Origin: Naegleria gruberi
Lineage: Eukaryota
DNA: 1,705 nucleotides
Assembly: GCA_000004985.1 (NCBI GenBank)
Contig: GG739342.1
Reading direction: 5' to 3' (one strand)
Shown: positions 1-1,705 of the stretch, in pieces
Layout of the letters: every line of letters starts with the position of its first letter
Position numbering within the stretch: position 1 is the stretch's first letter
Notes under the pieces: generated by a model
Databases searched by the model: none
What the model was told of the DNA's origin: nothing
What the model saw: only the letters and a program-made list of their open reading frames with translations
Translations under genes and position numbers: made by a program

Positions 1-1
1 C

Positions 2-175
2 AACACGAATGTGGTAGCCGAAACTGATCTTGTTTCGAATGCAAGTACTCTTCCAACTGTACATCCTTTCTTCATCACCAATGGAAAAATCAAATTACAA
101 TGCAGAAATTTATTGTTGCGATCAAAATTCCGATCCTATCAATTGTATGACGAAAATAGATTTCACAGCATGTGA
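2..175 (+). CDS. Possible 3' portion of a protein-coding ORF entering from the left window edge (frame 2, 57 sense codons, no start codon in window, ends at TGA 173-175). It may belong to the same gene as the 172-561 ORF if an intron or frameshift joins them.
   Basis: Frame-2 translation from position 2 is open for 57 codons (NTNVVAETDLVSNASTLPTVHPFFITNGKIKLQCRNLLLRSKFRSYQLYDENRFHSM*) in AT-rich DNA where stops are expected every ~14 codons. It overlaps the start of the frame-1 ORF by 16 nt. It uses some codons that are rare in yeasts (CGA x2, TCG), so it may partly be UTR or intron rather than coding. Confidence 0.22.
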   Translation, partial: NTNVVAETDLVSNASTLPTVHPFFITNGKIKLQCRNLLLRSKFRSYQLYDENRFHSM

Positions 176-561
176 CGTTATGTCAAAGAATTAGTGGAAC
201 AATTTTGGAATTGGAATTAAAAACTCACAAATTTGAATTTACAACTCCAAATTTCTATAATTTGGAAATTAATGAATCTCATCCAGTTTTGTATCAATTG
301 ACAAGATTTGAATTGATTTTTCACAATCCTATTGCAGGAGATTTACTTTTGGAATTGAAGAAAGGTGAATTTGTAATTATTCCATTAATTTTGACACTTT
401 CTAATAGAAGATTCTTCTTTGATATTCAAATGAAAGTGGACGAAACTGGTGTAATTGATACAAACATTGAATCAAGAATTCCTTTTGGTAAACCAAATTC
501 TGATTGTGTATTACATTTCTCACAAATGGCGACTAGAACCAATGATAATCAATTATTCTAG
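172..561 (+). CDS. Hypothetical protein; a 129-codon open frame with strong yeast-like codon bias. The true 5' end is unresolved: the GTG at 172 is not a plausible eukaryotic start and the first in-frame ATG is at 430.
   Basis: Six-frame ORF track. Codon usage matches ORF2 (TTG/TTA Leu, AGA Arg, GAA, CAA, GGT, CCA, TCT). The amino-acid composition looks globular, with alternating hydrophobic patterns. In-frame stops lie upstream at 148-150 (TGA) and 157-159 (TAG). It ends at TAG 559-561 and is followed by AT-rich 3'-UTR-like sequence containing TAGTAT and AATAAT motifs. Confidence 0.42.
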   Translation: MTLCQRISGTILELELKTHKFEFTTPNFYNLEINESHPVLYQLTRFELIFHNPIAGDLLLELKKGEFVIIPLILTLSNRRFFFDIQMKVDETGVIDTNIESRIPFGKPNSDCVLHFSQMATRTNDNQLF

Positions 562-611
562 ATATTCAAATTATAATGAAATGAGAAAGTTCATTCACTA
601 TTATTAAATTG

Positions 612-650
612 TGAATAGTATTTAAATTTCAAATTACAAAAATAATGTAA
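612..650 (+). promoter_or_regulatory. Putative mRNA 3'-end formation signals downstream of the 172-561 ORF (TAGTATTTAAATTT and AAAAATAATG).
   Basis: A TAGTAT efficiency-element-like motif at 616-621 and A-rich AATAAT motifs lie about 55-90 nt after the TAG stop. Confidence 0.2.
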
Positions 651-795
651 TTCGTTCACTTTCGTCCCAGATCAAATAATACCTAAAACAATTTATTAAA
701 ATATTAATTTCATTTACTTGAATATCATTTGTTCGGTGGAGATAAAAACGGTCCTTTTGCTACTAGGTCCCGAATCTCTTTTGATTGAAATTTCA

Positions 796-806
796 TATTT
801 TAATAA
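796..806 (+). promoter_or_regulatory. TATA-like AT-rich element (TATTTTAATAA) at about -18 to -8 relative to the 5S start. Possible upstream Pol III promoter element.
   Basis: Seen directly in the sequence. Upstream TATA elements are required for 5S transcription in some fungi (for example fission yeast). The position here is slightly closer than the usual -30, so this is speculative. Confidence 0.2.
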
Positions 807-813
807 CAATGAT

Positions 814-932
814 GGCTACGGCCATATCACGATGAATGCACCTCATCCCGTCCGATTTGAGAAGTTAAGCATCGTCGAGCCACATCAGTACTGAGGTTGG
901 AGACAACTTGGGAACCTGTGGTGCTGAAATCT
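814..932 (+). rRNA. 5S: 5S ribosomal RNA gene (about 119 nt), eukaryotic fungal-type, dispersed (not embedded in an rDNA repeat within this window).
   Basis: Conserved 5S blocks are present in the correct order and spacing: GGCTACGGCCATATC (5' end), GCACC, TCCCGTCCGAT, AGTTAAGC, AGTACT, GGTTGGAGACAAC, TTGGGAACC and GGTGCTG near the 3' end. ACGATG (830-835) and CATCGT (870-875) form a perfect 6-bp complementary pair where a helix is expected. A T5 run follows immediately. The start could be 811 if the preceding GAT is included. The comparison to fungal 5S sequences is from memory, not a database search. Confidence 0.85.
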
Positions 933-936
933 TTTT
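932..936 (+). terminator. RNA polymerase III terminator (T5 run) at the 3' end of the 5S gene.
   Basis: TTTTT at 932-936 directly after the GGTGCTGAAATC 3' helix-I strand. Runs of 5 or more T on the coding strand are the established Pol III termination signal. Confidence 0.6.
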
Positions 937-999
937 GTCTTAGAAAAATCTACAGGAGGCCTTTAGGTTTACAAAATTGGAGTTAAAAGGATTTACCAC

Positions 1000-1082
1000 A
1001 TTTTGAATTGTTTGTTTCTCATTTTCTCTTCAATTTGTTTTGTTGATTTGTATTAAATTTCCTTTCATCAAAATATTAATAG
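1000..1082 (+). promoter_or_regulatory. Putative Pol II promoter region for the 1225-1515 ORF: T-rich polypyrimidine tract (about 1000-1065) followed by a TATA-like ATATTAATAG (1073-1082).
   Basis: A long T-rich coding-strand tract (tttgtttctcattttctcttcaatttgttttgttgatttg) fits poly(dA:dT) nucleosome-excluding promoter elements in yeasts. The TATA-like element lies about 145 bp upstream of the ATG. Confidence 0.2.
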
Positions 1083-1096
1083 AAAAATTCAAATTC

Positions 1097-1125
1097 TTGT
1101 GATGCACTAAAAATCGGAATCACAA
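1097..1125 (+). repeat. Inverted repeat TTGTGAT-N15-ATCACAA in the ORF2 upstream region. Candidate transcription-factor site or small hairpin.
   Basis: Perfect 7-bp arms at 1097-1103 and 1119-1125, separated by 15 nt, seen directly in the sequence. Confidence 0.3.
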
Positions 1126-1224
1126 AATTAGTGGAAATCATCTTGTAAATAAATAGATAACTGATCGGATGATGATATTTCCACAACAAAACAAAATAAC
1201 TAAATAACAAACACTAAGAGCAAA

Positions 1225-1515
1225 ATGCCAGCTAGAAATACTTCATCAAATTCTTCCGAAGATAGAATTCCAACAAAAACAGTCTGGTCAAGATCTAAAC
1301 CAATTGATTTAACTAAAAGATTACCATTATTTGATATTGATACTTCAAATATTATAAGTGGAACTAGACATCGTAATAATATTGATTATCATCATGCAAA
1401 TTTAAATGGTAAACAAATTTCAGTGAAAAGATCTTCTAAAAATTCAATTGAAAAGAGAGCTAAACAACAATCAACCACCACAACAAAGAAGATTACCAAA
1501 TCGAAAAAGATGTAA
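1225..1515 (+). CDS. Hypothetical small basic Ser/Thr/Lys-rich protein (96 aa). No recognisable domain, possibly a nuclear or nucleolar protein.
   Basis: Six-frame ORF track. The ATG at 1225 is the first in-frame ATG after a TAA at 1201-1203. Start context is A-rich (gagcaaaATGcc, A at -3) with an A-rich 5' leader, typical of yeasts. Codon usage is yeast-like (AGA, CCA, GCT, ACT, TCT, GGT, CAA). TAA stop at 1513-1515 is followed by TGTAAATAA and AAATAAAATAA motifs. Confidence 0.5.
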   Translation: MPARNTSSNSSEDRIPTKTVWSRSKPIDLTKRLPLFDIDTSNIISGTRHRNNIDYHHANLNGKQISVKRSSKNSIEKRAKQQSTTTTKKITKSKKM

Positions 1516-1560
1516 ATTACAACTTGTAAATAATTCAGTAAATTGTAAATAAAATAATGT
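1516..1560 (+). promoter_or_regulatory. Putative mRNA 3'-end formation signals downstream of ORF2 (TGTAAATAA x2, AAATAAAATAA).
   Basis: AATAAA-like and TGTA-containing motifs lie within 45 nt of the TAA stop. These are established yeast efficiency and positioning element types. The assignment is heuristic. Confidence 0.25.
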
Positions 1561-1659
1561 GTTTTGAAATAGATGAAGTTTCAATTTAGAATTGATGCAG
1601 AAAAAATCAAACCAAAATTTGCATCAAGCAATTAAACTTGTCTAGTTTTCAATAAATTG

Positions 1660-1675
1660 AAGGTTGATTAACCTT
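1660..1675 (+). repeat. Small perfect hairpin: AAGGTT-GATT-AACCTT (6-bp stem, 4-nt loop).
   Basis: Seen directly in the sequence. It lies about 145 nt downstream of the ORF2 stop, near where a possible minus-strand ORF entering from the right edge would end (about 1642). Confidence 0.25.
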
Positions 1676-1705
1676 ATCAAATTCTTCAACAACCTGTTAT
1701 TTAAA

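Noticed and set aside
29-53. tRNA-like T-arm: CTTGT-TTCGAAT-GCAAG (5-bp stem with a canonical-looking 7-nt TTCGAAT loop), possibly the 3' end of a tRNA starting before the window.
   Set aside because: Placing the anticodon and D arms upstream at the required spacing gives no base pairing (for example 7-11 against 19-23). The would-be acceptor 3' strand TACTCTT has no partner. It is an isolated hairpin, not a tRNA.
1-75. Minus-strand ORF starting at the ATG whose complement is at 73-75 and running off the left edge (MKKGCTVGRVLAFETRSVSATTFVL...).
   Set aside because: Only 25 codons are visible and the start context is poor (ggtgATGa). The same interval is also open in a plus-strand frame, so strand assignment is ambiguous. 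It needs the flanking sequence.
172-174. GTG start codon for the 172-561 ORF as given in the ORF track (a bacterial-style start).
   Set aside because: No Shine-Dalgarno sequence is present, the window is eukaryotic, and GTG is not a plausible start. The ORF track evidently allows alternative starts. The real start must be upstream (spliced or frameshifted) or at ATG 430.
164-180. Antizyme-like programmed +1 frameshift at the TGA (173-175) that ends the upstream frame-2 ORF, followed by a long start-less ORF.
   Set aside because: The downstream ORF is in the -1 frame relative to the upstream ORF, not +1, and the +1 frame hits TAG at 192-194. There is no slippery X XXY YYZ heptamer for a -1 shift either.
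589-666. Imperfect 10-mer repeat TTCATTCACT / TTCGTTCACT and other short AT-rich repeats in the ORF1 3' region.
   Set aside because: Low-complexity AT-rich sequence produces such near-repeats by chance. There is no periodicity or higher copy number.
1099-1125. TGTGA...TCACA resembling a bacterial CRP/FNR-type site.
   Set aside because: The spacing between half-sites is 17 nt rather than 6. Everything else in the window (5S type, codon usage, Kozak-like A-rich leaders, poly-T Pol III terminator) is eukaryotic.
1513-1705. Ciliate genetic code (TAA/TAG as Gln). There is no TGA in the ORF2 frame from 1516 to the window end, and a 24-nt GTA...CAG micro-intron candidate at 145-168 fits Paramecium intron size.
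   Set aside because: The two ORFs together span 225 codons with 9 CAA and zero internal TAA or TAG, whereas ciliate genes use TAA and TAG frequently for Gln. The 5S is fungal-type (TCCCGTCCGAT). The sequence after 1515 is low-complexity and UTR-like.
1-1705. Prokaryotic defence or accessory system, CRISPR array or mobile element.
   Set aside because: There are no direct-repeat and spacer arrays, no terminal inverted repeats or target-site duplications, and no long ORFs. The features that are present are best explained as an ordinary eukaryotic gene-5S-gene locus.

Overview
This is an AT-rich (about 70% A+T) window that reads as eukaryotic, most likely fungal or yeast-like nuclear DNA. I see no prokaryotic system, CRISPR array or obvious mobile element. 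The clearest feature is a dispersed 5S rRNA gene (about 814-932, + strand) followed by a T5 RNA polymerase III terminator. It sits between two + strand protein-like ORFs with strongly yeast-like codon usage (TTG/TTA Leu, AGA Arg, GGT Gly, CCA Pro, CAA Gln). The upstream ORF (172-561) has no ATG in its first 86 codons, so the GTG start in the ORF track is an artefact of the start-codon table. Its 5' end overlaps a second open frame that enters from the left window edge, and a 120-nt stretch (28-147) has no stop codon in any forward frame. The gene model at the left end is therefore unresolved and could involve an intron, a frameshift or a pseudogene. The downstream ORF (1225-1515) encodes a 96-aa basic, Ser/Thr/Lys-rich orphan-like protein with a good A-rich start context and AATAAA-like 3' motifs. 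Intergenic regions contain T-rich and TATA-like promoter tracts, a 7-bp inverted repeat, a repeated 11-mer flanking ORF2 and a small hairpin. I could not run homology or structure searches, and all identifications rest on my reading of the sequence.
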